A DNA stretch of 64,000 bases. Source: Octopus vulgaris (Eukaryota). The notes beneath the pieces are model-generated. The model was not told where the DNA came from. It was given only the letters and a program-made list of their open reading frames with translations, and ran no database searches. The stretch is taken from contig OX597818.1 in the NCBI GenBank assembly GCA_951406725.2, positions 64,294,001 through 64,358,000 of the forward strand, written 5' to 3'. Below are positions 45,475 to 59,821 of this stretch, piece by piece (position 1 is the first letter of the stretch; every line of letters starts with the position of its first letter). A program made the position numbers and the translations under genes.

Positions 45475-45935
45475 TTTATCTCATTCATTACACTACAGCC
45501 ATGATGGGGCATCACCTTATACAATATATAAGTCGAACGAATTAACCTCAGTACTTAGTATTTAAAGCCTGCTAATTATTCTATCAGTTTCTCATGACGA
45601 ACCGGTAAGTTACCGGCTTAAAAACACTCAAGTACCATCATCGAGTGGTATGACAGAAACACAAAGATGCTCAGGCATACACACACACAAACACACACAC
45701 ACACACACTCATACACACACAAACATACAAACACACACATCGATCCATATATAAACTTTTAGAACAAGAATATGGAAAATAGACGAGCTTCTTTCATTTT
45801 CCACCAACCAAATCCACTCAAAGGATTTGGTTGGCATGAGATAAGAGCGGAGGACACATGCCAAGGTGCCACGTACTGGGATTGAACCCGGAGCAATGCG
45901 GTTGCGAAACAAACTTCCTACCACACAACCAAGCT
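45475..45935 (-). mobile_element. SINE family A (old copy)
   Basis: accaaatccactca..gccaaggtgccacgtactgggattgaacccgga..cttcctaccacac is the reverse complement of the family A head. Confidence 0.7.
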
Positions 45936-46517
45936 TGCGTCTCATCGACTAAGTTAAATCGGATAAGGATAGGCAAGGCTGAGAGTTATATTCTTTTCTA
46001 CTCTAGGCACAAGGCCCGAAATTCTTACGGAGGGGGCCAGTCGATGAGATTGACCCCAGTAAGCAACTGCTACTTAATTAATTAAATTAAATATAGAGAG
46101 TAGCCTAAAATAATCAGCAAACAAGGTTCATACATCTAAATAAATAAACAAAAAATTGTAGTAAGGATTGAAATTCCAACAATATATATGTACAAAGTAA
46201 ATAAATATATTGATTTTGACATCTGCTATTATATATATATATATGTATGTGTATGTATATATATATCATCACGCACACACACACACATACGTACACCCCA
46301 TCATATATATATATACATATATATATATAAATTTTCAGAACGAGATAAAACCCAAGGCTGTGAAAGATTTCAAACATTCATAAATAGAAGGTCTTACAGT
46401 TGTTTAAAGTCGTTTGTGAAAGAATAGGTGTGTCCTTGAGAGAAATGCCAAGGAATTGTTTATCCATTATTGAGGCTTTACCTGAGATAAGTGCTTAGAA
46501 TAGCGAGAAATAGAGGT

Positions 46518-46716
46518 TGTGAGAGATAATGGTGTCAATAAGACCCAAAGGTATCAGGTAATGCTCTGTAAGTGCTATGGACTGACTACAGTTAAGCTCC
46601 AGATTCGGTGATTATGCATAATCACCGAACATGGAAAGTAACTATGGCCTATCCATAGCACGTACTTAGCATTACCTGACACCTTTGGGTTTTATTAACA
46701 CCATTACCTCTCATAA
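46518..46716. repeat. Imperfect spacerless palindrome of about 200 bp, centre 46616/46617
   Basis: Core ttcggtgattatg|cataatcaccgaa; arms aatggtgtcaataagacccaaagg and cctttgggttttattaacaccatta; a single arm recurs at 62500-62602. Confidence 0.85.
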
Positions 46717-46734
46717 TCCCCCTCTCTCTCTCTG

Positions 46735-46802
<68 letters not shown>

Positions 46803-46947
46803 AATAATAAGGGTAAAATTAATTAATTAATTAGTAATTAATAATTTTACCAAGCAGTGTTCAGTATCAGTGTTCTCCCATTATCTGGGAGACTCTTCTT
46901 AAAGTAGAGGAAATAGCTAAATTCTTAGGCTGCTATTTCTAAAAGTC

Positions 46948-46991
<44 letters not shown>

Positions 46992-47424
46992 CGTAGTACT
47001 TTTTTTTCGTTCGGCTTAACAGCCCTTCTTGTCTTGTTGTTTTCCTTGTCCTGTCTTTTACTGCTTATATTTTGTACTGTCGTTAATGTCCTGCTTTTGT
47101 TACCATTTTTACCCCTCTGCAAAAAGATCTCAAATTTTATTTGATTTGCTTTTCGCAGGAAGGAAAGTTTATATCGAAGATACGTCTCGGCTTCACCTTC
47201 GAAACGTAGAGTAGATGAAACCATGGCGAATGAAGAAGGGCTTTTTTTCCTTGTGTTATTTGTCCTGTACTCTATTTTTTTGTTGTTTAAGAAAAATATC
47301 CAGTTCCTTGGGTTTGTGTCTATGTGTTCCTTTCTCATTTTGTTCGACGTTTTTTTTGGTGTCCTGTACTCATATATGCGTGTATATATACATGTTTATA
47401 TATATGCATATGTTTTATTTATTA

Positions 47425-47460
<36 letters not shown>

Positions 47461-47989
47461 AATTTTTAGTCTTACAAGTGAGTAAAGAATGGAGTGGCAG
47501 AAGGCCTATATAAAATCAAACTAAGTTCCAGCAAAGAGAATGGTAGTATGGCCCACTTCCTCAGAACTGAAACCAAACACTGTCCACTGCGGTCGTAGTT
47601 CAACCACAACATATATGTAGAAAGAAATCCAGAAGTCACACATGCTGCCACACAGAAAACCACAAACGCTTGCTGCTACTTCAGTCGGTAAGCGTCCATT
47701 AGGATTTTGACGAATATTTCGCATTTTAAATGCATGATGCAATCTTAATTGCAACATATGTAGGAAACATACGAAGGCGATTTCAAAATGACTGTTATGT
47801 AAATAAATTCATTTTTCTTTGTTCTACCTCTTCATATTTCTTATATAATATGCACACACACACGTTTTTCTTTATACTGCAAGTAAATAGGGGACTAGTT
47901 CAACTATAGAAAGAAATGGAACAGAAGAATTGTTCCGCCATTGTTGTTTTGGTACGTGCCAGTCACACTGCCAATAAAATTGTTAGGTT

Positions 47990-48895
47990 GACGAGACTCC
48001 CAAATGCAACAATTTATCGTGTCTATAAACAATTTAAAGAATAGACGAAGATTGACAGAACGGAAAAATACAAGTCTTGAAGTCATTTCCAGCGCAATAC
48101 AGTTTTTTCTCGCTGGCTTCAATCGCTCGATTAAAACCAACCCATCCACATCCATGACAACTCCCATAAAAGAGGGACATGTGTTCATTTCCACGATGTC
48201 CAAAGCTGTGAACAGGAGCCTTAACATGACTAGATATGTTCGAGGACGCCGTCACCTCCTAAAAGCGAAGACCAAAGTAATCAGATGCAAGAAATACCCT
48301 AAGACTCTACCATTCATCAAACATGAATCTACAGCAAAAACTCGCGCGTTTATGGACGAGAACTTCACTGTGGACCCACGTGAATCGCAGATGAGTTCCT
48401 GTGTGATTGCATACGAACCTTCTTCCACCCACCGCTGTGTTTGGGAGTAAGAATCCTGCCTCTGTGATGGTATTTCGAGTTTTGGCGAGTGATCGAATTG
48501 TCATGGATCCACACTGCATTGACTCTGCTTTGAAGATTGTCACAGAGAAGTATCTGTACAATCTGAAGAATTATCCCTTACTCAGCATGCAGCAAGAATT
48601 TGGGTTTGAAAATGTGGTGCTTATCCAGGATTCTGCAACATCCTATGACTCAAAATAAACACATTTCTTCCTTGATCAAGAAAGTGCCATTTTTTGTGAG
48701 GGCAAACGGCTGGCCCAGAAGTAGCCTAGATCTCAATAATCTCCATTTCATTTTATGGGGCGTACTTCAAGCAAGGTCCAATGTATTGTGCGTGCGACAC
48801 GCAAAAGCAAAGAGGCGGTGGTTGCGACAACTGCCAAAAACCTTTGTTATTGCGTGGAGGCAGTAATTGCGCCAAAGGGAGTCTATATTGAATGT
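47990..48895 (+). pseudogene. Degenerate Tc1/mariner-superfamily transposase (maT/DD37D-like)
   Basis: FMDENFTVD, KNPASVMVF, VLIQDSATSY and WPRSSLDLNNLHFILWGVLQ lie in shifted frames. Confidence 0.75.
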
Positions 48896-49004
48896 CAGCT
48901 GTCAATGTCATAATACATATTCCGTTAAAATTATATCTATCTATTACCATGATTATAGTATTTCGAACCAGTGGTTATGCATCGTAAAAACTGACTCAAT
49001 CTCC

Positions 49005-49080
<76 letters not shown>

Positions 49081-49085
49081 ATATA

Positions 49086-49132
<47 letters not shown>

Positions 49133-49137
49133 GTGTG

Positions 49138-49192
<55 letters not shown>

Positions 49193-50037
49193 CATATGTA
49201 CGTATATATGTATATATATTGTACATACATCAACATATATATATATATATAGTGATATAGATATGTATATATATATGTGTATGTATACGTATATTTATTG
49301 AATAGATAAAAGCAAAATACGGTGATTAAAACTAACACAGTGTTGCTCACGATGATGGTAGATGAAAACATCACCTCTTTATCTACAGCCGATGCCATTT
49401 CATCGGAATTCAACTATAACCAGAATCCATTTGGAAAACAGAGGAGGGTAGTTTGAGACGCATATTTGCAGGTAGGACTAAAACAGTTTATAAAAGACAG
49501 AAAAAGAGAAATGAAACAGAAGTGAAACACAGTTAAACGTTTCCGTAATTCTCCTTCTGTGATAATTTTCTTGTTCTTTTTTTCTGTCATTTGTATTTTC
49601 ATCAGTTATTTGTGTTTTATTATGTTTTGCGCTTCATGAAATTAAACATACCGAGACTACCTCTATATCTCTACTTTTCTACCGCTCTACCTCCCTCCCT
49701 CCCTCTTTTCCGTCACTCTTCCTCGAAATTTCTCCCCCAAAGAGCAGGTTCTTCAGATTAAATTTGACTGAACATAAGCTTTGGAGGTACACTAACGCAG
49801 GTACACAATAAAGCACACAAAGTCACGTATCGATTTTCAATGTTAACTACGTATACACGCACACACAAACACACACACACACACACACACGTATATATGC
49901 GCGCATGTTTGTGTGTATGTGTGTTTACTTGTGCGCGTATACGTGTATATATATATACATATATACACATATGTATGTATATGTACCTATATATATATGT
50001 ATATACACACACATATGTATGTATATATACATATATA

Positions 50038-50092
<55 letters not shown>

Positions 50093-50899
50093 ATGTGTGT
50101 GTGTGTGTATACAGACATTCGTATATGTGTGCCTGAGAGAATGAGTGAGAGAGAGAGAGAGATGTTTTGTGTGTAGTACGTCTGCATATGTGTCTTATGT
50201 ATTCCCGTTTGTGTTGCATACGTTTTCTGTGTTGAGAAAAGATTAAAATATATGCAGAAACGTTTATCAAAATGTCCTCATAAAATTTCTTTTTTTACTG
50301 AATTAATTTCACTAACCTGAATAATTCTGCGCTTAAATATACTGTACGTAATAAATTATTTCCGATTCTAAGAAAATATAGCAAACAATTTATGAGACAA
50401 TTCAGTGTTGATTAAATCACATATTTTATTACTGGTTCGTACTTTGGCATAAAATAAATTACATCTTCTGGTAATTCCATGAAACTTATTGTAAGAATGT
50501 AAGTAAAAACGTTAAAATTATCCGTATATGCAGCTTAAATATGTTAAAGATATTTGCATGTTGCATAAATATAACATAAATTTGGTAACATGATTTGCAC
50601 TTATCGTGAAAAGCAACTTCAAAAATACTCTTAAACCAGTAAAATTTCTTGGTTGTTGGTGTTTGTTCCTACTCGAGCCATTCCCAGCCTATCAGGACCG
50701 GTTTCCCTTTTCGTTGGCGTATAGGTTCCCCACATCGACGGAACGCTGGTCCGCTGGAGAGTGAAATTTTGTTTCTTAAATTATACAAATTTTGTTCTTC
50801 ACATTTAGATCTTGGGGACAATCTATTATACTCTTTGTATCTGTTCCTTCTCTTTATTTATTAATTTGTTAAATTATCTGGGATTTACTTACTAATTTC

Positions 50900-51765
50900 A
50901 TCTTATGTATGTGCATTTATTTCTTTTGTGTGTGAGTGTATGAGTGCCTATCTACTCTGTATCTGTTGGTATTTGTGTCTAATTCTTGCACCCATTCTGT
51001 CTTTAGTCGTCATGTTGCGTAGAGAGGCGATTGTGGGTGTTTCTTTTCCATTCGTGTTTTCTGTTGAGACACGGTCTGTGATTATTATGTGCGTGCCCTC
51101 TGTAAACGAAGTGTCATGTCTTCTCTAAGCGTTGATAATACCTTAATGCCTATGTTATTAACTGTGCCATTACATTCTCATTGGACATATTGGCAGAGCC
51201 CTGACGAGCTATTATCCTTATTGAGATTCGCCAATGTCCACCTATCCGCTCCTCTATGCTACGAACCGTCTCTCCAAAATACGTGTTCTCGTTTCTGCAC
51301 CGTTCCTCAGTCATCATATGCTATAGATTACATACCTTTTGTTACAGTTAACCAGTGAGTTCATCCTACAGTTGTTTTCCTTACGTGGGAGTTTTTGAAT
51401 GGACATGTTCTAAAAATCAGAGATTCCTCTCCTTTGTTCTAATTTAATCCATAGATTTATCTTGCCTAATGTTATTCTCACGAAATATAGCATCCAGGTA
51501 GTTTTGGCTGTCATACCATAATTTGACCTTACTTACATTCGTGTCCTTTCTATGTTGTTCCCGGATTTATTCTTCTATATCAGGCAGATCACATTTGCAT
51601 CATTCTGTAGGATGGGCTTAGATGTCGCTCTTTTGTACACTCTAGTCCTCTGTTTTTGGCTGTAGCCAGAGAACTCCTTGCGGTGGATGAAGTGTTGTAT
51701 ATGTTTTGTCCGATTCCGTTGTTTACTTCAATTCCGTTGTAACACATTTCTTATCACTTTCACCG
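50900..51765 (-). pseudogene. Second degenerate Penelope-like element (GIY-YIG region)
   Basis: Minus-strand translation across frameshifts: FSGYSQKQRTRVYKRA, NCRMNSLVNCNKRYVIYSI, YFGETVRSIEERIGGH, PCLNRK. Confidence 0.65.
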
Positions 51766-51815
51766 AGTCAGCTACTAGTATATTCAACTCGATAACAGTT
51801 AGGTACACGAAAGTT

Positions 51816-51861
<46 letters not shown>

Positions 51862-51910
51862 GAGAGAGAGACAGCTAGACAGACAGACAGAGAAAGAGAG
51901 AGAGGGAGAA

Positions 51911-51958
<48 letters not shown>

Positions 51959-53737
51959 CTACGCAAACACACACATATATATATACATATACATATGTTT
52001 ATACATACAGACATAGATGTGTGTGTGTGTGTGTGTGTAAGTGTATCGGCTTATCTAACTGCTACCTATGATCTTCTAAGCACTAGGAAACATGACAATT
52101 GTCTAGACACAGTACGCACAAATACCTCATTCTAACTTTCATAACAGTTTGTTTCATTTTGCATAATAATAATTTAATTAGCGAACAGGTTTAGTAATCA
52201 TTGTATCAAATGTCTTTTATGAGACACTTGCATCTCACATTTTATGTTGTTATATTTTTTAAACTTCTATGGTTTGCAATAATTCTTCCGACATCTTCAA
52301 GTTTTCTCATTTTCAATGAACGCTATTCTATTGATTGAGGTTTTCTTTCTCCGAAATATTTAATTCGATATGTTTAAAGACACCAAATTGAAAAGAATAT
52401 TGCAAAAACAATGTTATTATGAACACGCATTACATGTCACATTGCCCATGTCACGTAAACAAAATGTAATCACGTTACTTCCCAAATAATACACTTAGTT
52501 ATAATGTTAGTTATAATACTAACCTTAAACTACAAACGAATATATTTCGACTCTACGAAGTTTTGATGAGTGGCAGAATGATAAAACGCAAATGGGAAAT
52601 GAAATTACAATTTCAATAGAATTTAACCGTAATCTCATTTTGTGATTATTCTAATAGGCACAATACATTCTTTGTACTTAAAGATTAACTTCTTTTCAAT
52701 TAAGAAAAAATAAAAACTTTATTTTCATTAATACTTGTGGCTTTCTATAATAGCTATTGAATTTTGTGCTGAGACTGAATATTTTTCCGAACGACACGCA
52801 TATAAAAGCACGAATACCTAATCAGCGCACAGACGTATATGAGATTATGTATGCGTGTATGGTGGCGGAGTTTGCTTCAGAAAACTGCGGCCCTTAGATC
52901 GATCGTATTTCTGCCAAATATTTCGCTTGCCTGATCACGCATTATGTCACTTTTGTTCAATCTGTGCATCATAAATTCACTTGCTTTAATTGTAAGCTTT
53001 CTCTCTCCTTGTCTTTCATACATTCTACCTTACCATTTATCGATCTAAGAAATGGATGTGCTTAGCTATTCCCTGATATATTGCTAACATCTCAGGCCAT
53101 ATCGGACGTCATAGATTGAAGACATCCTCACCTTAATATAGGACAGGAAACTAGGTGAATGATGACGTCAGTCAGACCCGGTCTATATATATAGGTGTGC
53201 GTGTTTATTTCTGTGCGCATATTATGTGTACAGCATTGTAATGATAACAATATAAGCAGTGAAAAAAGTCGATGAGTTGGTAAATTCGTTAGCATGCCGG
53301 ACAAAATATTTAACAGTATTTCATCCGTCTTAATGTTCTGATTCAATTAACTGTGTCGATGTAATCAATTTATCCCCTAACCCAAATTTCTGGCCTTGTG
53401 CCAAAAATTGAAATCAATACACGCGTCGAAAGAAAATGCTGTGTTTGTTTTAATCAATCTTACGGTTTGTATACAAGTCTCACAAGGTACATTTTCCAAA
53501 GATTTATCGTTTCTGAAAACACACGTCTTAGTTTTTAAACGAGCCAAATTTACGCTGGTTCATTTTACATCTCTTCACTCAAATAAATATAAATGGCATT
53601 GTGATTTGATCCCACCGATCTGGCATTAAATACTAAATTTACGCGAATTATTGTTGCATAAGTTTTATTAACTTTACTGAATACACAATATTTTATGAAA
53701 ATAGTTAGTTGCAAATACACATACAGACAAACACACA

Positions 53738-53806
<69 letters not shown>

Positions 53807-54589
53807 GTATAAAGTTAATCCAAACAAGAAAGCACAAAAAACACAGCAACGCGAGGACGTGGAACAAATATAGTATTATTGGATATATATATATACATGA
53901 ATGTATAGCCATAAATATGTATACACATACATACATATAGAGAGTGTGTATATTAGCGATATTTTTCATATTAGAAAATGCTTAATTCGACATCTAGATA
54001 ATATTGGACCGGAATGGTGCCACTGAAAACGATATATCTCATATATATGGTATTGCTTCTGCCAAAGAAACCCGTTAAATACATATCCATTATATACCAA
54101 TCTAATGTTTGATCAGAATGGTGCCACGATAAGTGATATATTCTCTCTCTCTATATATATACACTGCGTTGTTTTGGCCACAGCTTAACCTCTTGAATAT
54201 ATATCTCTTTATTTCAATCGGTGCAATGGTTATTTCTGATGTTTATTAGCAATCGCAGAGCGATAAACATACAGTTTCTATCTTACATGCTTATACAAAA
54301 ATATGTAATCCACTCTGCTTTGTATTTCAACATTTTTAATATTAAGTAGATATAAAGTATCAGCGTTTTCTAAATATGTGAGTTTAAGTTTTAATCGATT
54401 GCATGATAAAAGGCAAATTAGAATTAATATAGAAGAAATCAACGTTCTATTTTTGCTATTGATGATATTACATACACTTACCTAAATTTAAATATGCTTC
54501 GAACAAATATTGGCCCAGGCCATGTCTAACTTAATAGCGCACCCTGAAAAGATTGCTAAAGTCAAGTTCTGTGGTATCATGGCACATTA

Positions 54590-54800
54590 AAGTAGGGAGT
54601 CTTGTTGAGTGAGTTGTATCCGCTGTTGGGAGATTATCTGCTCTCACTTGAAGATATTTATCCAGATTCCGTTTAAAGGAGAAGGGATTTTTCCTCTTCG
54701 AAAGATATATAGGACCGGGCCTGTTAAGGGAAGTAAATTGTCATGCGTTGTATGTATGTGTTATGATCCAGATTTGCGTAGGGGATGTATGGCACGTGTT
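54590..54800 (-). mobile_element. Possible CR1-like LINE 3' remnant
   Basis: Translation FKRNLDKYLQVRADNLPT resembles the CR1 C-terminal FK..LD.FL..IPD.P motif. Confidence 0.4.
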
Positions 54801-54849
54801 CGTAGCCTTTGATTAATTTTGAAACTAATGTTAAGGTCATACATACTTG

Positions 54850-54890
<41 letters not shown>

Positions 54891-55179
54891 GAGTACTTAT
54901 TTTTAAATTTTTGTACATTTTTATCATTATTCTTTTACAAAAAACAATGCAATTTTCTTTTTTCCCTTTCTAATTTAAAAAAAAACTTTTTAAAACATAA
55001 ATATTCTTGACAAGTCATACTATGACGAAAACCGGTTGAATAAATATATATTTATATATTTTATCAATTTCTCATTTTATTAAAATTTTCTTTCATTTGA
55101 GCATTCTGCATTTTTAAAAAAATGTTTCCTTACTTATCATTTCTCCACGTGCGGTGAACACAACCCCACCATTTATTGA

Positions 55180-55239
<60 letters not shown>

Positions 55240-55570
55240 GTATATATACAACTTATAAACAGGGGCAAAACAAAAAAATTCTAATGCCAAATATGCCGAA
55301 AATAGACACTTCGTCGATAAAAATATAATTTATCACTATAAGTACGTGTCTCGAAGAAAGCCGACAGCAATTTCTAAAAAAAGTCCGTTATTACCATATC
55401 GGACACGATTTCAGAGTTAATTCATAAGAACATTCTCTTCATCAGTGATAAATGCGGCAGTGGATATAATGTGTATGTATATATATATATATATATTTGT
55501 GTGTGTGTGTGTGTGTATGTGTGTGTGTGTGTGTGAGTTTGTGCTTGTGTGTGTGTGTGTATGTACATAT

Positions 55571-55985
55571 AGAGGTGGAAATTCATTGATGCCAAATCAG
55601 GCGTGTATGTCGGGTGTTGCAGCACTTCCCAGCCATGCCTTTGAATGGCTTCCTTGGTCACATTGGCGATATGAGGGAGGGCGTTGTCGTGCAGCAAAAT
55701 TCCATGCTGACGGTTAGGTCTTTTCTCTTGAATAACCGTGTTGAGTCACTCCATCTGTTGATCATAGAGTTCCGCGTTGACCGTTTGGTTCCGTTCAAGC
55801 AATTCGTAATGGAAAATCTCTTTCCATTCCCACCATACGCACAACATCGTTTTACGCGGATGAAGACCTTGTTTCACGCGCGATGTCGCTTGCTTACCGG
55901 GGCTAAGCCATTTCTTACGCTGCTTCATATTGATGTACAGGCACCATTTTTCGCCACCAGTAACGATTCCGTAAAGAAATAACTT
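55571..55985 (-). pseudogene. Mariner transposase catalytic-domain fragment, copy 1
   Basis: IVTGGEKWCLY, HPRKTMLCVWW, LLHDNALPH, WEVLQHPTYTPDLASMNFHL; one in-frame stop. Confidence 0.9.
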
Positions 55986-56055
55986 GCATGTGATGGTGAC
56001 AGTCTTTTGTAGAAGAGTAATGTTCCCATTCTGCTATTAAAAGTTACATAAAGGG

Positions 56056-56480
56056 TGGCCAGCTGGTCGAATCGTTACCACGCTCGATGGAATGCGTAGC
56101 GGTATTTCGCCCGTCAAAAGGCGGAGAGCTGGCAGAAACGTTAGCAAGTCGGGCGAAATACTTAGCGGTATTTCGGCTGCCGTTACGTTGTGAGTTCAAA
56201 TTCCGCCGAGGTCGACTTTGCCTTTCATCCTTTCGGGGTCGATAAATTAAGTACCAGTTACGCACTGGGGTCGATGTAATCGACTTAATACCTATGTCTG
56301 TCCTTGTTTGTCCCCTCTATGTTTAGCCCCTTGTGGGTAATAAAGAAATATTTATTTCGCCCGTCACTACATTCTGAGTTAAAATTCCGCAGAGGTGTAC
56401 TTTGCAGTTCATATTTGCGGGGTCGGTAAAATAAATAGCAGTGAATCACTGGGGTTTTTATCCGGCTATCCACCTCCCAC
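56056..56480 (+). mobile_element. Nested family C SINEs (younger copy about 56119-56350 inside an older copy); duplicated at 57599-58060
   Basis: The old head ggccagctggtcgaatcgtta...atttcgcccgtca is interrupted and resumes at tatttcgcccgtcactacattctgag. Confidence 0.8.
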
Positions 56481-56722
56481 CAAAAAACAATGCAATTTTT
56501 TTTTTTGCCTTTCTAATTTAAAAAAAAACTTCTTAAAACATAAATATTCTTGACAAGTCATACAATGACGAAAACCGGTTGAATAAATATATATTTATAT
56601 ATTTTATCAATTTCTCATTTTATTAAAATTTTCTTTCATTTGAGCATTCTGCATTTTTAAAAAAATGTTTCCTTACTTATCATTTCTCCACGTGCGGTGA
56701 ACACAACCCCACCATTTATTGA

Positions 56723-56782
<60 letters not shown>

Positions 56783-57114
56783 GTATATATACAACTTATA
56801 AACAGGGGCAAAACAAAAAATTCTAATGCCAAATATGCCGAAAATAGACACTTCGTCGATAAAAATATAATTTATCACTATAAGTACGTGTCTCGAAGAA
56901 AGCCGACAGCAATTTCTAAAAAAGTCCGTTATTACCATATCGGACCCGATTTCAAGTTAATTCATAAGAACATTCTCTTCATCAGTGATAAATGCGGCAG
57001 TGGATATAATGTGTATGTATATATATATATATATATTTGTGTGTGTGTGTGTGTGTATGCGTGTGTGTGTGTGTGTGAGTTTGTGCTTGTGTGTGTGTGT
57101 GTGTATGTACATAT

Positions 57115-57529
57115 AGAGGTGGAAATTCATTGATGCCAAATCAGGCGTGTATGTCGGGTGTTGCAGCACTTCCCAGCCATGCCTTTGAATGGCTTCCTTG
57201 GTCACATTGGCGATATGAGGGAGGGCGTTGTCGTGCAGCAAAATTCCATGCTGACGGTTAGGTCTTTTCTCTTGAATAACCGTGTTGAGTCACTCCATCT
57301 GTTGATCATAGAGTTCCGCGTTGACCGTTTGGTTCCGTTCAAGCAATTCGTAATGGAAAATCTCTTTCCATTCCCACCATACGCACAACATCGTTTTACG
57401 CGGATGAAGACCTTGTTTCACGCGCGATGTCGCTTGCTTACCGGGGCTAAGCCATTTCTTACGCTGCTTCATATTGATGTACAGGCACCATTTTTCGCCA
57501 CCAGTAACGATTCCGTAAAGAAATAACTT
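57115..57529 (-). pseudogene. Mariner transposase fragment, copy 2
   Basis: Same translation as 55571-55985. Confidence 0.9.
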
Positions 57530-58177
57530 GCATGTGATGGTGACAGTCTTTTGTAGAAGAGTAATGTTCCCATTCTGCTATTAAAAGTTACATAAAGGGT
57601 GGCCAGCTGGTCGAATCGTTACCACGCTCGATGGAATGCGTAGCGGTATTTCGCCCGTCAAAAAGGCGGAGAGCTGGCAGAAACGTTAGCAAGTCGGGCG
57701 AAATACTTAGCGGTATTTCGGCTGCCGTTACGTTGTGAGTTCAAATTCCGCCGAGGTCGACTTTGCCTTTCATCCTTTCGGGGTCGATAAATTAAGTACC
57801 AGTTACGCACTGGGGTCGATGTAATCGACTTAATACCTATGTCTGTCCTTGTTTGTCCCCTCTATGTTTAGCCCCTTGTGGGTAATAAAGAAATATTTAT
57901 TTCGCCCGTCACTACATTCTGAGTTAAAATTCCGCAGAGGTGTACTTTGCAGTTCATATTTGCGGGGTCGGTAAAATAAATAGCAGTGAATCACTGGGGT
58001 TCGTGTAACCGGCTATCCACCTCCCACCAAATTTCAGGCCGTGTGCCTATAATAGAAATGATTAAGTTGTTACCTACGAAACAGCTGACAATTATCCATT
58101 GTATGTTATTATTCATGAATTAAGAAAATAAACAAGTAAATAAGTAAGTAAATATAAATAAACAAATGAATAAGAGC

Positions 58178-58326
58178 AAACGAGTGAAAAATACTATCTT
58201 ACGGCTGTTTCTACTGTTGGGTGATCCACACTGCCAAGTTTGTATTACTGGCATGATGTGGAAAACTTGGCAGATTGAGCAACCCCATAGAAGAAACAGC
58301 CGTAAGAGCTTGGTATTTCTTCACTC
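58178..58326. repeat. Diverged inverted repeat with HHR 3'-half motif GAAACAGCCGTAAGA
   Basis: tcttacggctgtttct pairs with agaaacagccgtaaga; ctgccaagttt pairs with aaacttggcag. Confidence 0.7.
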
Positions 58327-59779
58327 ATTTATTATTAGGCATTTGTTTATTTTGATTGATTATACATTCGATTGTAATCAATTAATGAATAGATATAAGT
58401 GAATATCTACAGGCTGATGTTTGTCCACTGATTTTGTTATTTGCCCTATATATATGTGTGTGTGTGGGGGGCTGTTCTATCAAATCATATGCTCCACATA
58501 GGGGATCTCTACATTTGGTAAGTTACATCATTTCTTCCGCTGTTGCAAATCTTGCTTTGGTAAGAAGCTTCTTAAGATTTGGTGGTTGCCTTCAGCTGTT
58601 GATTATTTGCGGTTCTTTTATTATTTGTCGGAGACATGGTGACGGGTGTAAAATTGGTAGAAGGTGTTTGTTTGTTCGTAAGATATTGTGGTTCCTGGGA
58701 TGTTCTGAGTTCAAACTCCACCGAGGTCGACTTTACCTTGTATATTTTTTTTAGACACGTATGTTGTGTTGGGTAGCATTTATTGCTGTTCAAACCTGAA
58801 CTGCGGCAAATATAGGAAGTAATTTCGATATTTAAATGACAATGATGGTCCCTAATCTTGGGTTCAAATTTTGGTAACGAGCCAGCAATTCGATGATTGG
58901 TGGGGTAAGTCCATTGCTTTGTCCTCAGTGTTCGACTGGAACTTGATTAATCGACCTCGAAAGGATAAATTCAGATCACAAGAAGGGACTAAATGCCGCT
59001 ATGCATTCTAACCGGCATTCTGCTAACAATGCTGCCAGCTCGCCGCTTTTAGACGGCGTCTAATACTATAAATTAATTAAAAGTGCATTTACAGAAGAGA
59101 AAACAGAAAATGGTGGATTCATAAGTACCTCATTATAGAGGAATTTCAAGATAAGTATTTCTGAGATGAGGATGAAACATAAGTCGTTAGTTTTTTGAAT
59201 AAATACATGATGATATGCAAAATAAAAAAAACAAAATCAAGGTGAGAATTGCATATAGATATGATACTATAGATGCCATATTGTGAAGTAGGCTAATGTG
59301 TTGCTTTTACTCAAGTACTTAAATATTGCAATATAATTCCATAATTAGCGCATCTGCTCTGATTCCAGTAAAGTAAATTATGATATGATGTTTAGCATTG
59401 AAAATGATAGAAATTATAACAGGTGCTTCACTTCTGTAATTGTGAACGCACGTTGTGATACGTACATACAGAAATCGGGAGGGGAAGAGCTAGAGAGGTG
59501 CAAGGGAGAAAGGAGGAGGACAGAGATGTGAGAGAGAAAGTGAGAGAGAGGGAGAGTAAAGGAGGGAGAGAGAGGAAAAACAAGCAAGAACGAGAGTAAC
59601 ATAAGCACATGCATAATATATACCCACAAAGACAATCAGCGTGTTTCTGTACGCATGTGTATACGTATGTGTATATACATCAAAATTGTGATTGCGTTTA
59701 TTTGGCTTATGTTTGCAGTTTCGATAATGGGTTTGAAAGCCTCAGTGATATATGCTTAGTTATGGAAATCACCTGCATA

Positions 59780-59821
<42 letters not shown>

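Larger units (their letters stand above)
54938..58031. repeat. About 1.54-kb tandem duplication (units 54938-56480 and 56481-58027)
   Basis: Near-identical units with twin ORFs offset by 1544; CAAA microhomology at the junctions. Confidence 0.93.

Noticed and set aside
47150-47215. GAAGG...CCTTC-GAAACGTA as an HHR
   Set aside because: Stem II and the 3' half are plausible, but no recognisable CUGANGA core remains; too degenerate to call.
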